From an uncultured virus (IMG/VR IMGVR_UViG_3300011474_000007) (lineage: Duplodnaviria; Heunggongvirae; Uroviricota; Caudoviricetes), in the IMG/VR virus record IMGVR_UViG_3300011474_000007, positions 1-64,000 of that record: a stretch of 64,000 bases of DNA. The stretch is one strand, 5' to 3'. The position numbers were made by a program, and so were the translations under genes. The stretch's first letter is position 1, and the number at the start of each line of letters is the position of its first letter. Positions 52,836-63,044 of the stretch are shown here, in pieces. Below the pieces are notes generated by a model, which saw nothing but the letters and a program-made list of their open reading frames with translations, searched no databases and was not told where the DNA came from.

Positions 52836-54431
52836 ATGCTAACTTGCCAAGTAGGTAAAAGTATTATTGATACATTTAGCTACAAAGAAGAAAAATTAAG
52901 AGAATGGTCAAATAAATCTATGTTAAAATGTCCAGTTTGTAATTCAAATATGATATATTGTCATGGTGATTTTAAAATACCTTATTTTAGACATGAAAAA
53001 GACAGTGATTGTCCTAATATATATTCGGAAGGAGTAACACAAGAACATTTAAAAGGAGTTCAATGTATTTATAAATGGTTAAAAAATCAAGAAGCAGTAA
53101 TGAATTTACAACTTGAAAAGTGGATTCCAGAAATAAGGCAGAGACCAGATATTTATTTTGAAATAGAAGAAAATAAAGAAATTAAAAAATACGCTATTGA
53201 ATTTCAATGTTCACCTATAGCAACTAAATATAATGAAAGACACAATTTGTATAGACTTAATAATATTAATGATATATGGATATTGGGGGTTAAAAAATAC
53301 GATTTTAATAATTGTAATATTGATAAGTATATATATAATAATAAACCAGTTGAAGAATATACTACAAAAACAATAGAAAGGGAAGTTTACAATCAAACTA
53401 AAATTATAAATTATTTTGATTGTAAATCAAAGCGAATGTATCAAATTAAAAAATTTAATAATACTCTTAGAAATAGATGTAGTATGTGTGGTGAGTATTA
53501 TACAGTTCCTTTAAAAACTAAATTTGATATAGAGTTTAATTCTGCATTTCTTGAAGAATATAAAATAAAAGAATTATATAATTTAAAGGAAGACAAAGAT
53601 AATGATAATTATTATAAAAACATATTAACAAATACTAGGGATTTTATTATAAAATATTTCAACAAACAAGACTTTTTAAAGGATTTAAAAACAAATATAG
53701 ATAACAAAGGTAATTTATATATGAATTTTGATATATATGACAACAAGTTTCATGTAGAGTATATAATTTCAAATAAAAAAGATATTGATAAATATATAAA
53801 AGAAACATATGAAAAATATAAAAATCTAAAAATTAAACCACTAATATTTACTAGTAATTTAATTTCTAATTTAAATGAATATGCATATGTAATAAATTTA
53901 ATTAGAAATAAGATTTATTTACCATATTATAATTATAATAAAATTTATTCTAGCAGTTTGGATGATTTAATATTTGATGGTGAAGTGTTAAATATTAATG
54001 GAGTAAAGTTAGATATTTTAAAAGAACAAATAGAGAGAGCTAAATTAAAAAAAGAAAGAGATATAAAAAATATTTTATTTAATCAAAGTAAAATATTAAA
54101 TGATATGAAACATCAAAAAGAAATTGAAGATTTTAGAAATAAATACAAGAAGATTTTAAACAAAGAAATAATATTAATTGATGGTTATTTTAGAGTTGAT
54201 TCAAATATAAGATTTAAATTTATAAAAAACTTTAAAAACGAAGAAAATTTTATATTAAATGAAATACCTAAAATAATTTCAAATTTAAAAAACAATCCCC
54301 AAATATACTTAATGACTCCAAAGCTAAGAGAATATAAAAGAATTTGCAAAAGGGATATGGATAAAATTGCTAATATAATGAATGAATATGGCTTTAGTAA
54401 CATTAAAATATATAATGAGGAGAATAAATAA
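52836..54431 (+). CDS. CoiA-like nuclease (Zn ribbon + PD-(D/E)XK)
   Basis: CPVC...PYFRH, RPDI...AIEFQCS. Confidence 0.8.
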   Translation: MLTCQVGKSIIDTFSYKEEKLREWSNKSMLKCPVCNSNMIYCHGDFKIPYFRHEKDSDCPNIYSEGVTQEHLKGVQCIYKWLKNQEAVMNLQLEKWIPEIRQRPDIYFEIEENKEIKKYAIEFQCSPIATKYNERHNLYRLNNINDIWILGVKKYDFNNCNIDKYIYNNKPVEEYTTKTIEREVYNQTKIINYFDCKSKRMYQIKKFNNTLRNRCSMCGEYYTVPLKTKFDIEFNSAFLEEYKIKELYNLKEDKDNDNYYKNILTNTRDFIIKYFNKQDFLKDLKTNIDNKGNLYMNFDIYDNKFHVEYIISNKKDIDKYIKETYEKYKNLKIKPLIFTSNLISNLNEYAYVINLIRNKIYLPYYNYNKIYSSSLDDLIFDGEVLNINGVKLDILKEQIERAKLKKERDIKNILFNQSKILNDMKHQKEIEDFRNKYKKILNKEIILIDGYFRVDSNIRFKFIKNFKNEENFILNEIPKIISNLKNNPQIYLMTPKLREYKRICKRDMDKIANIMNEYGFSNIKIYNEENK

Positions 54432-57055
54432 TGGCATTAAATAAACAAATACATATATATTCGGTAGATACAAGTGCTTTTTATAAGAAAGAAGAAAATA
54501 TATTTCATGATAAGATAAATAATTTTTGTATTTATAGAAATAATTTAATAAGAAAAAGAGATAAATATAAAAAAAGATATAAAAAAGATTTCCCAAATCA
54601 TAAATGGGAAAAAAATACACAGAAAAAGATAAAAGTCACTAATAAAAGAATTAAATATGAAAAAGAATTGCTTATTAAAAAATTAAAAGAAAACAAAAAT
54701 ATTAGAAAATTAAATAATAAATATTTGATTGATAAAAATATAATATCAGTTTTTGAATCTACATTAACAAGATTGCTAAATATAGAAACCAATTCGTTAT
54801 CAAAAGAATTAATTATAGTGCAAACATATTTTTTTGATGTTTTAGAAGATATAATATTAAACGGATTTAATTTAGAAAATGAACATTATGTGCCTCTTAC
54901 CGCAAGTGCTGGTCAGATTAGAACTAAAAAGACAGTTTTTATTAAAGAAAGTAGTTTTAATGAAATAAAAAATTCTATAACTTGTGGTTTAACATTAGAT
55001 ATAATTAATGCTAAAGGTGGAGTAAATGTAAATAAATATTTAGCTTATCTAGCACTTTCAAATTCTGCAACAGATGAATGGATTGATTTTGATATAGATA
55101 AAGCAATAGTTGTAGATGATATGGAATTTGAAATTGAACAAGAAGTGGATTTGATAAATGAAAAAGATTATTCTATAAATAGAAAAATAATAAAAATACC
55201 TATAAATCATACAGATGGATGTGGTATGATATTACCTTCAAAATCAAAAAAGGCTTTTATGTGTAGGTTACCTTGGGTAAAAGGATTACTTGAACCTTTT
55301 GGGTTTAATAGATTTATTAAAATGCTAAATAAAGAAACAGATAATTATTGTGGTAAAATAAAAGATATATATGGAAAAGAACACGATATATTGAAAGAAA
55401 AAATAGAGGTGGTATTTACAAAGTCACAGTTTAAGATGTGGAAGTATTATAATTCATGGGAAGAGTATAAAGATAATTTTAAAAAATATAATTGTCAGGC
55501 AGGAAAATGTAATGAAGAAGAAATTAAATTTTCTAGTGCTAAACTAAACTATCAAATGTTGCAAACTCTTACAGACATGAAAAATAAAGAATTAAAAGAA
55601 TTAAGTAAGTTAACAATTAAAAACATACAACAAATAGGAAATGATAGAAATACGATGTTGAAAGTTTTAGGCGTAACAAAATCAAATACTAATAAAAATT
55701 ACTTACAACAATCACTAGAAATTTATCCTGAATTATTAAATGATACATATAGCAAAGAAATTTTAAAACAAACTAAAAAAAGCTTAGTCAAAGATGGACG
55801 AGCAGGGAAATTAGATTTAGGAGATATGGGTACATATACTTTTATAAGTCCAGATTTATATGCATTTTGTGAATGGTTATTTTTAAAACACGATAATAAA
55901 AAACATTTTTATGAAGATAAAACACCGAAAGGATTACTTAATGATAAAGAAGTATATTGTAAGTTATTTAAAAACAAGCCTAAATTAGATTGTTTAAGGT
56001 CTCCACATTTATATAGAGAGCATGCAATAAGAAATAATGTAATAGATAAAGAAAAAAATACATGGTTTGTTACTAATGGATTATATACGAGTTGTCATGA
56101 TGCAATTAGTAAAATATTAATGTTTGATGTGGATGGAGACAAATCATTAGTTTGCTGTCATGATACTTTATTAGAAGTTGCTAAAAGAAATATGAAAAAT
56201 ATAGTACCGCTTTATTATAACATGAGAAAAGCAGACCCACAGATAATAAGCAGAGAAGTAATATTTCAAGGTTTAACGGCAGCTTATACAGGTGGAAATA
56301 TTGGAATGATTAGTAATAATATATCAAAAATATGGAATAGTGATAATATAAATCTTGATGTAATTAAATTACTCTGCCTTGAAAATAATTTTGTTATAGA
56401 TTATGCAAAAACATTATATAAACCTACACGACCTAAAGATAAGAAAAAATTAATTACCGATTATACAAAGTTGAAAGTACCACATTTTTTTATATATGCT
56501 AAGAAAAAAGATAAATCAAAAGTAGAGCCTATGAATAAAAGCACAGTTAATAGGCTTGAAAAAATAATACCAAATCCTAAATTAAACTTTAAAGCAATAA
56601 ATTTAGGCAGTTTTGATTATACAAAAATGATGAAAAATAAAGATATAGAATTAGACCAAGAAATTATAGCTGAATATACAAAACAAGATTTAAGAAAAAG
56701 ATTTATGATAAATAAAGATGATAATGATGAATCTAAAAATATAAGTTATTTATATGAAAAAATAAGAGGAAATATATTGAAAATAAATAATGATATTTAT
56801 TATGTAACAGATGTATTAGTTAAATTTTTGTATGAGTTTAAAAAATCTAATTATAAAACTACTTTATGGGAATGCTTTGGACATATAATCGTTGAAAATT
56901 TAAAAGAAAATATTAAAGAGGGATATATATTATGTGAAATATGTGGTAAAAGAATTAAGCTAACATCTAATAATAGAAAATTTTGTAGGGAATGCTGGAA
57001 AGAAGAACAGAGAAAGTTATGGAGAGAAAATAAAAGAAAGCATAGAAAAAAATAA
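54431..57055 (+). CDS. yonO: YonO-like single-subunit phage RNA polymerase
   Basis: SAGQIR, TDGCG, RLPWVKG, RSPH, catalytic DVDGD, IDYAK; C-terminal Zn finger. Confidence 0.9.
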   Translation: MALNKQIHIYSVDTSAFYKKEENIFHDKINNFCIYRNNLIRKRDKYKKRYKKDFPNHKWEKNTQKKIKVTNKRIKYEKELLIKKLKENKNIRKLNNKYLIDKNIISVFESTLTRLLNIETNSLSKELIIVQTYFFDVLEDIILNGFNLENEHYVPLTASAGQIRTKKTVFIKESSFNEIKNSITCGLTLDIINAKGGVNVNKYLAYLALSNSATDEWIDFDIDKAIVVDDMEFEIEQEVDLINEKDYSINRKIIKIPINHTDGCGMILPSKSKKAFMCRLPWVKGLLEPFGFNRFIKMLNKETDNYCGKIKDIYGKEHDILKEKIEVVFTKSQFKMWKYYNSWEEYKDNFKKYNCQAGKCNEEEIKFSSAKLNYQMLQTLTDMKNKELKELSKLTIKNIQQIGNDRNTMLKVLGVTKSNTNKNYLQQSLEIYPELLNDTYSKEILKQTKKSLVKDGRAGKLDLGDMGTYTFISPDLYAFCEWLFLKHDNKKHFYEDKTPKGLLNDKEVYCKLFKNKPKLDCLRSPHLYREHAIRNNVIDKEKNTWFVTNGLYTSCHDAISKILMFDVDGDKSLVCCHDTLLEVAKRNMKNIVPLYYNMRKADPQIISREVIFQGLTAAYTGGNIGMISNNISKIWNSDNINLDVIKLLCLENNFVIDYAKTLYKPTRPKDKKKLITDYTKLKVPHFFIYAKKKDKSKVEPMNKSTVNRLEKIIPNPKLNFKAINLGSFDYTKMMKNKDIELDQEIIAEYTKQDLRKRFMINKDDNDESKNISYLYEKIRGNILKINNDIYYVTDVLVKFLYEFKKSNYKTTLWECFGHIIVENLKENIKEGYILCEICGKRIKLTSNNRKFCRECWKEEQRKLWRENKRKHRKK

Positions 57056-57372
57056 AATGTCCAAGTTTAGAAAATTATTTATAAATGTGATGGTTAAGCT
57101 ATTTGTTGAGTATTAATTTATTATAGGATGTTATATAAGAATCCTTCAAATCCATTGATATGATTGGATTTACAAAGGTTTTATGTATTAAAAATAGCAG
57201 AGTGTATAAGGGGAAAGTAATTTATATATACAAAGACCAAGGAATGAAATCTCTCCACTTATAATAAAATCAAGAATGTAATTTAATATAATTTGATAAG
57301 TTGCAATTTAATCATAAGGATTAAATTAATATTATAAAATTTTAAAAAGAGAATTTTTAAGGAGGAAATAAA

Positions 57373-57660
57373 ATGGTAAAGAAAGAGTTATTAAAAGGAA
57401 TGGTAGAGGAAACTAAAGGAGAGTTAAATCAAAAACAATGTGAATTAGCATTAAAAGCGTTTGAAGAAGTAGTAGGAAAAGCTTTAGAAAATGGAGATAA
57501 AGTTACATTAACAGGATTTATGACAATGGAAACTAAAGAAGTTGCACAAAGAGAAGTGTTTAGAAATCCTAGAGAACCAGAATTAGGGAAGAAAGTTGTT
57601 CCTGCACATAAAGGTGTAAGAGTCAAAGTTGGTAAATCATTAAAGAATCGTATATTATAG
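57373..57660 (+). CDS. hup: HU-family DNA-binding protein
   Basis: V.L.GF, RNP, P.HK.V..K.GK.LK. Confidence 0.9.
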   Translation: MVKKELLKGMVEETKGELNQKQCELALKAFEEVVGKALENGDKVTLTGFMTMETKEVAQREVFRNPREPELGKKVVPAHKGVRVKVGKSLKNRIL

Positions 57661-57765
57661 AATTAAATATAAAATAATTTTGTATATAGTTATACATAGT
57701 GAAACTTATATGTAGAGCAAGGACTTATATTCTTGTTCTACCTCTGTAAGAGAGGGAGTATTAAA

Positions 57766-58989
57766 ATGAATAAAAATATTAAAGTGTTTATAGATACAAA
57801 TATTTTATTACATACTGATAATTTAGATATATTATTAGAGGAATATGGTGAATTGTATTTATCTAGTGTAGTTATTGAAGAATTAGAATCGATAAAAACA
57901 GACTCCAGAAAAGACAATGAAGTTAAATTTAGAGGACGAATTGCATTAAGACATATAATTGAAAACGAAGATAAGTATAAAATAATATTATGTGAAGACA
58001 AACACAGAAAAATCTGTGAAGATAAACATTTAGAACAGAGTAATGATAACTTAATCATTGCAACTGCTTATGAAGAAAGTCAGAGAAGTGAAGTTAAGTT
58101 TATAAGTAATGATATTTTAGCTTATAAAGTAGCTAAAGAAATATTTGGTTTGGATTCAATTAGATTAATTCAACAAGAAGACGAATATAAAGGTTTTAAA
58201 GAATTTGTAGGAAATACAGACGATGTTAATGAATTATTTTTGCAATATGAAAAGGGAAATAATTCATTAAATTTATTAGAAAATGAATATTTAATTTTGA
58301 AAAATACAGACTTAGATAAAGTTTATGAATATAGATTTAATAATGGAAAACTTAATTTGATAAAACTCCCTCCATCAAAGGTTGTTAAGGGATGGAATAG
58401 CAAACAACGATGTGCTTTAGATTTATTAATGGATAAGAATATTCCTATTAAAATAATAGCAGGTAATTTTGGTAGTGGAAAGACTGTTCTTAGTATTAGA
58501 ACAGCTGTACATCATATTTTAGATAAAGGAAATTATTATAAGATAATGCTAGTAAGAAATCCTTTAGGTTCAGGTGAAGAAATTGGATACCTAAAAGGTA
58601 CAAAAGAGGATAAAATAAGAGAATTTTATAAGCCAATAGAACAAAATTTAGATGGTGGAGAATTTCAGTTAAATGATATGGTAATGAAAGGACAATTAGA
58701 AATGGAGATACCATATTATATGAAAGGTATGAGCTTGAAAGATACGTTTGTTTTAGTTGATGAATGTGAAGATTTAAATAAAAAAATATTTAAATTAATA
58801 GGTTCAAGAATAGGAAATAATTCATGTGTAGCTTTTGTAGGAGATTGGAAACAAGCTGAAGCAAAGTATATGAATGATAATGGACTAATTCAATTCATAC
58901 AATACGCAAAAGGAAATCCACTAGTAGGAATTGTAGTACTTGATGAAGATGTAAGGTCTAGTGCAAGTAAATTATTTGCAGATTTTTAA
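57766..58989 (+). CDS. phoH: PIN-PhoH protein
   Basis: PIN (IDTN, EEL, ND, SND) plus GNFGSGKT, IGYLKG, VDE, GDWKQ. Confidence 0.9.
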   Translation: MNKNIKVFIDTNILLHTDNLDILLEEYGELYLSSVVIEELESIKTDSRKDNEVKFRGRIALRHIIENEDKYKIILCEDKHRKICEDKHLEQSNDNLIIATAYEESQRSEVKFISNDILAYKVAKEIFGLDSIRLIQQEDEYKGFKEFVGNTDDVNELFLQYEKGNNSLNLLENEYLILKNTDLDKVYEYRFNNGKLNLIKLPPSKVVKGWNSKQRCALDLLMDKNIPIKIIAGNFGSGKTVLSIRTAVHHILDKGNYYKIMLVRNPLGSGEEIGYLKGTKEDKIREFYKPIEQNLDGGEFQLNDMVMKGQLEMEIPYYMKGMSLKDTFVLVDECEDLNKKIFKLIGSRIGNNSCVAFVGDWKQAEAKYMNDNGLIQFIQYAKGNPLVGIVVLDEDVRSSASKLFADF

Positions 58990-59033
58990 TAGTATAAAAT
59001 AATTTAGTTATATTTTAAAGGAGAGGTTTTTTA

Positions 59034-59243
59034 ATGGCGAAACAATCAATAAATGAAAAAATAATAACAACTCATAAATTAGATATTGAAGGTACCTTAA
59101 ATGTAGATAATCTACAGGAAAATATGTTGCTAGCTGAATTAGAAGATGAAGGTGAAAAAGACTTAAAAAATTTAATAAGTAAATTTAATGGTAAATTCGT
59201 AAGAATATCAATAACTGATAAAGTTGAAGAAATACCAGAATAA
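59034..59243 (+). CDS. YonK-like small protein
   Basis: 69 aa acidic, L..L...FNGK.V.ISI pattern; synteny. Confidence 0.6.
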   Translation: MAKQSINEKIITTHKLDIEGTLNVDNLQENMLLAELEDEGEKDLKNLISKFNGKFVRISITDKVEEIPE

Positions 59244-59624
59244 TTTGATAGTTATTTAAATAGTGGATCAAAACAGATAAGAGTAGAAAAAAATATTAAA
59301 AATATAGTTTAGCTGTGACTTGACAAAGTATAGACTAAAGTAATATTTAATGATTAGAGGTAGGTAATATATCTGCCTCTTTATTTAATTTAAAATAATT
59401 TGTAAATATTATAAAGCCCATCTTTGTTTATATAAGAGGTGGATTTTTAATATTTACAAAAAGTGTGGTTTGTATAAGACAAATTGCTTATATAAACGTC
59501 AAACTTTCTTCTATTAAAGTAGTACGAGATACTACAATAGAAAATTAGAATATATTAATGTATTGCGGGACAATACAATATATTCTTTTTATCTAAAATA
59601 TGTAAGAAGAAAGGGAATGGTGGA

Positions 59625-60452
59625 ATGGAAAAAGAATTAAAAGTGTTAAATGAGGCTGAATTTGAAGGACAAAATATAAAGATTATAATTGAGAATGATG
59701 AACCTTTATTTGAGTTGTATAGCGTAGGTATGGCTTTAGGACAAGTAGTAAAAAATTCAAAAGGAATAATATATCCTAATAAAAAGAGAATTGATAAAAA
59801 TATTGAAAATGCTGAGATAAAGCCTTGTTTACGTGATGCAAACAAATATTTAACAGAAGAAATGTTATATGATTTAATGTTAGAAATGAAAACTGATAAA
59901 GTTAAGCCTTTCAGAAAGTGGATTACTAAAGAAGTACTACCAACAATTCGTAAAACAGGTGGATATGTAAATAACGCAGAATTGATGGTAAATACATATT
60001 TTAATGCTTTAGATAATACACATAAAGAAATAGTGAAAGGTCTATTTGTAAATATAGAAAACCAACAGAAGCAAATAATTAATTTAAGAAAAGAAAATAA
60101 ATTATTGGCTAAAGATGTTTCTGAATGGGCTAATGAAAGTATAATAAATGCTTTAGTAAGAAGAGATGGTTCCAGTGTACATAATTTTGCGCAAGCATGG
60201 ATAACATGGAAAAAGAATATTTTATATAGATATGGTATTAATATAAATAGCAGAATGACTAATTATTTAAATAATACATATAAAAAGACCAAGCCTCAAA
60301 CATTATCAATGCTTAAAAATAAAGAGGAGCTAACTATGGCTTTAAAAACGGCTATATCTATGTGTAGAGATGAAAACATAGATATTTCAGATATATTGGG
60401 AAAACATTTAAAAGAAGAAGATTTTAATAGATTAATAAAAGAAGATAATTAA
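59625..60452 (+). CDS. Bro-N domain protein (antirepressor-like)
   Basis: LTE..LY.L...F.KWIT.EVLPTIRKTGGY. Confidence 0.85.
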   Translation: MEKELKVLNEAEFEGQNIKIIIENDEPLFELYSVGMALGQVVKNSKGIIYPNKKRIDKNIENAEIKPCLRDANKYLTEEMLYDLMLEMKTDKVKPFRKWITKEVLPTIRKTGGYVNNAELMVNTYFNALDNTHKEIVKGLFVNIENQQKQIINLRKENKLLAKDVSEWANESIINALVRRDGSSVHNFAQAWITWKKNILYRYGININSRMTNYLNNTYKKTKPQTLSMLKNKEELTMALKTAISMCRDENIDISDILGKHLKEEDFNRLIKEDN

Positions 60453-60487
60453 TACTTATACATATTTTTAAAGGAGAATTTTAAAAG

Positions 60488-60634
60488 ATGAATATAGAGC
60501 AAAGATATGGTGAAAAGATAAGATGTAAAGAATGTAGTAGAGAGGTTCAGTTAAATGAATTTAGTACAGAGGTAATTGGAGTTAACACAGTAGTAGTCTA
60601 TTGTGAAAATGGGTGTGAATTTATATTAGAGTAA
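60488..60634 (+). CDS. 48-aa Zn-ribbon protein (not in ORF track)
   Basis: AAGGAG RBS; CKEC...CENGC. Confidence 0.55.
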   Translation: MNIEQRYGEKIRCKECSREVQLNEFSTEVIGVNTVVVYCENGCEFILE

Positions 60635-60678
60635 ATTAATACAAAATAATTTTTGATTAGTTTTTAAAGGAGAATGTT

Positions 60679-61923
60679 ATGGGGGAATTTTTAAAAAGAA
60701 AAGAAGTGGAAAGCGAATTAGAGTTCCATAAAAGAATTGTTTACGGAAAATTAGTTGATAAAACATTAGATGATATGGATTATAGAGAGTTATCAACTTA
60801 TGCATATGGAAAAGAATATTCCTCAGATGTTGCAAGGCGTATGTTCTATGGTAGCAGAAATACACTAAATTTAATAGATGAAAACAAATTGAATAACATA
60901 TCTGATAACGATACTTTAAATGAAATTGAAGAAAAGAAACTAGAATTAAAAAAGGAAAGAATGAAGTTAAATACTTTAAAGACTATAACAAATAAAGATT
61001 TGCGAGAAACTGCAAGGATAGAATTATATTTAGAGCAATTAAAAGAAGCTATAGAAAATATTAAACCTTTATATATTCCCAAAGAAGAAAATTATGATTT
61101 TGACATAATAGAAGATAAAGTTGGATTATTAGGAATAAGTGATATTCATTTTGGTAAAGCAGTAGAAATTAAAGATTTAAAAGGAAATATAATAAATAGA
61201 TATAATGAAGATGTGTTTAAGAATAGAATGGATAAATTATTATGGGAAACTGTTTCAATAGTTAGAAAGGAAAAATTAGATAAATTAATTATATATAATT
61301 TATCAGACTGTATTGATGGAATACTTAGAATTAGTCAGTTGAAAAATTTGCAATATGGAATTATTGACAGTGTAATAAAATTTAGTGAATTTATGGCAGA
61401 ATGGCTGAATAAATTGAGTAAATATGTGTCTATAGAATATTATCAATGTTGGGGAAACCATGATGAATGTAGAATTTTAACAGGTAAAAAAGGTGATTTC
61501 CCAGAAGAAAATGTTGGCATATTGATAATGGAATTTTTAGAATTGAGGTTGAAAGACAATAAAAATATCATAATTCATAATGAAAATCAAGCTTATATAT
61601 TTGTTAATATTCTAGGTATGAATATATTTGGTTTTCATGGTGAGAGTAAAAATTTAAGTAATGCTTTAAAAGATTTACAAATGATATATAAAGAAGATAT
61701 AGATTTATTGTTGGCAGGACATTTACATAGTGGGAATCTTATCACAGCTGGTATGGGAGAGTATGGGGATATTCAATGCATAAGAATACCTTCATTATGT
61801 GGTATAGATGATTATTCAGTTAAATTAATGAAATCTGCTAATGCGGGTAGTAATTTATTTATTATTGAAAAAGATAAAGGAAAAACAATTACATATGATA
61901 TTAATTTGAATATTAATTTTTAA
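60679..61923 (+). CDS. Calcineurin-like metallophosphoesterase (YonJ-like)
   Basis: SDIHFG, D.IDG, GNHD, HG, GHLH. Confidence 0.88.
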   Translation: MGEFLKRKEVESELEFHKRIVYGKLVDKTLDDMDYRELSTYAYGKEYSSDVARRMFYGSRNTLNLIDENKLNNISDNDTLNEIEEKKLELKKERMKLNTLKTITNKDLRETARIELYLEQLKEAIENIKPLYIPKEENYDFDIIEDKVGLLGISDIHFGKAVEIKDLKGNIINRYNEDVFKNRMDKLLWETVSIVRKEKLDKLIIYNLSDCIDGILRISQLKNLQYGIIDSVIKFSEFMAEWLNKLSKYVSIEYYQCWGNHDECRILTGKKGDFPEENVGILIMEFLELRLKDNKNIIIHNENQAYIFVNILGMNIFGFHGESKNLSNALKDLQMIYKEDIDLLLAGHLHSGNLITAGMGEYGDIQCIRIPSLCGIDDYSVKLMKSANAGSNLFIIEKDKGKTITYDINLNINF

Positions 61924-61964
61924 AAAGAAAGATTAAAAGATAACTACAATGAAGGTGGTCATAT

Positions 61965-62185
61965 ATGAACTTGGCTATTTTGAATGATAGATTAATGAAT
62001 AATAAACCAATTTATTTTCAGAAAAAAAGAGTAAGTATTATATGTATATATGATGTATTTGGATTGGTAGATTAAAGGAAATGGATAGTGAGGATATATT
62101 TGTAGTTGATGCTTTAACTCTATCAGATAGCCCATATAGTGAAAAAAGTATTTGCGTTAATAAATTATTAACAGACATAAAATGA
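61965..62185 (+). pseudogene. Small frameshifted hypothetical gene
   Basis: AAGGTGG RBS; frame breaks at about 62074 and resumes as KEMDSEDIFVVD... Confidence 0.4.
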
Positions 62186-62256
62186 TAGGGTTTCTTAACA
62201 AGAATTAAAATAGATATTAATATAAAATAATTTGTTGGAATGAAGGAGAATCGTGT

Positions 62257-62826
62257 ATGAGATTAGATAATTATGATGAGTTCGTAGAGCATGTAGTGGA
62301 TAAATTTTATGAAGAAGATAATATACAGGTGATTTGTGACTATGATTTAGCAGATTCATTAATGAATGAATTTGGAGATATGGATTATACAGATTATAAA
62401 GGAATTGATCTGCAATCAGACGTTGATGAGTATTATGTTACTAAATTTGAGGAAAAGTGTTTCTGTATAGAGCCATTAAAAGTGAATAACAAGATAAAAA
62501 CAACAACTAGTGATTATTTTATTATAGATAGTAGTATTCTAGAGGATAATCCAACTTTGTTAGAGTATCTAGAGGGCGATAATTTTGAAGTTGAAATTAT
62601 AGATTATAATTTGGAATGTGATTGTAAAAATTGTTGTGAGTCTTGTAATTGTGAAGAGGAAATGGATGAAGAAGATTTTGTATATCTTCAATTAGCTGAT
62701 TTAATTGAAGAATATGTAGGTTTGATATTGGATAACGAACGTAAAGAAGAAGTTCTAGGACATGCTTTAACTGAATTTGCAGGTAGGGTTTTAGAAGAAT
62801 TTAGCCTAGAGAAGAGAGAAGAATAG
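62257..62826 (+). CDS. Acidic hypothetical protein with Cys cluster
   Basis: AAGGAG RBS; CDCKNCCESCNC. Confidence 0.65.
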   Translation: MRLDNYDEFVEHVVDKFYEEDNIQVICDYDLADSLMNEFGDMDYTDYKGIDLQSDVDEYYVTKFEEKCFCIEPLKVNNKIKTTTSDYFIIDSSILEDNPTLLEYLEGDNFEVEIIDYNLECDCKNCCESCNCEEEMDEEDFVYLQLADLIEEYVGLILDNERKEEVLGHALTEFAGRVLEEFSLEKREE

Positions 62827-63044
62827 TCATAAAAGAGTGATTTTATTTAAAAGTAATTTAAAGAAAAATTAACTGATTTTCATGGTGAAGACCAGATACC
62901 TATAGGTAAAAGAGCGGCTAATCTAACTATTTTAGCTAAAAGAGTTATGTTAAGAATAGGTATATTGCCAACAACATTTTTTGTAGCAAAAAAGTTAGAA
63001 ATTATTTATCATGAAAAAATATAGAAAGGAAGTGAAAATGAAAA

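Noticed and set aside
28741..57180. Recurring TTGATAT(G/T)A motif resembling an IHF site (about 28749, 35139, 57155)
   Set aside because: Few, degenerate copies; IHF is not expected in this host group; no function supportable
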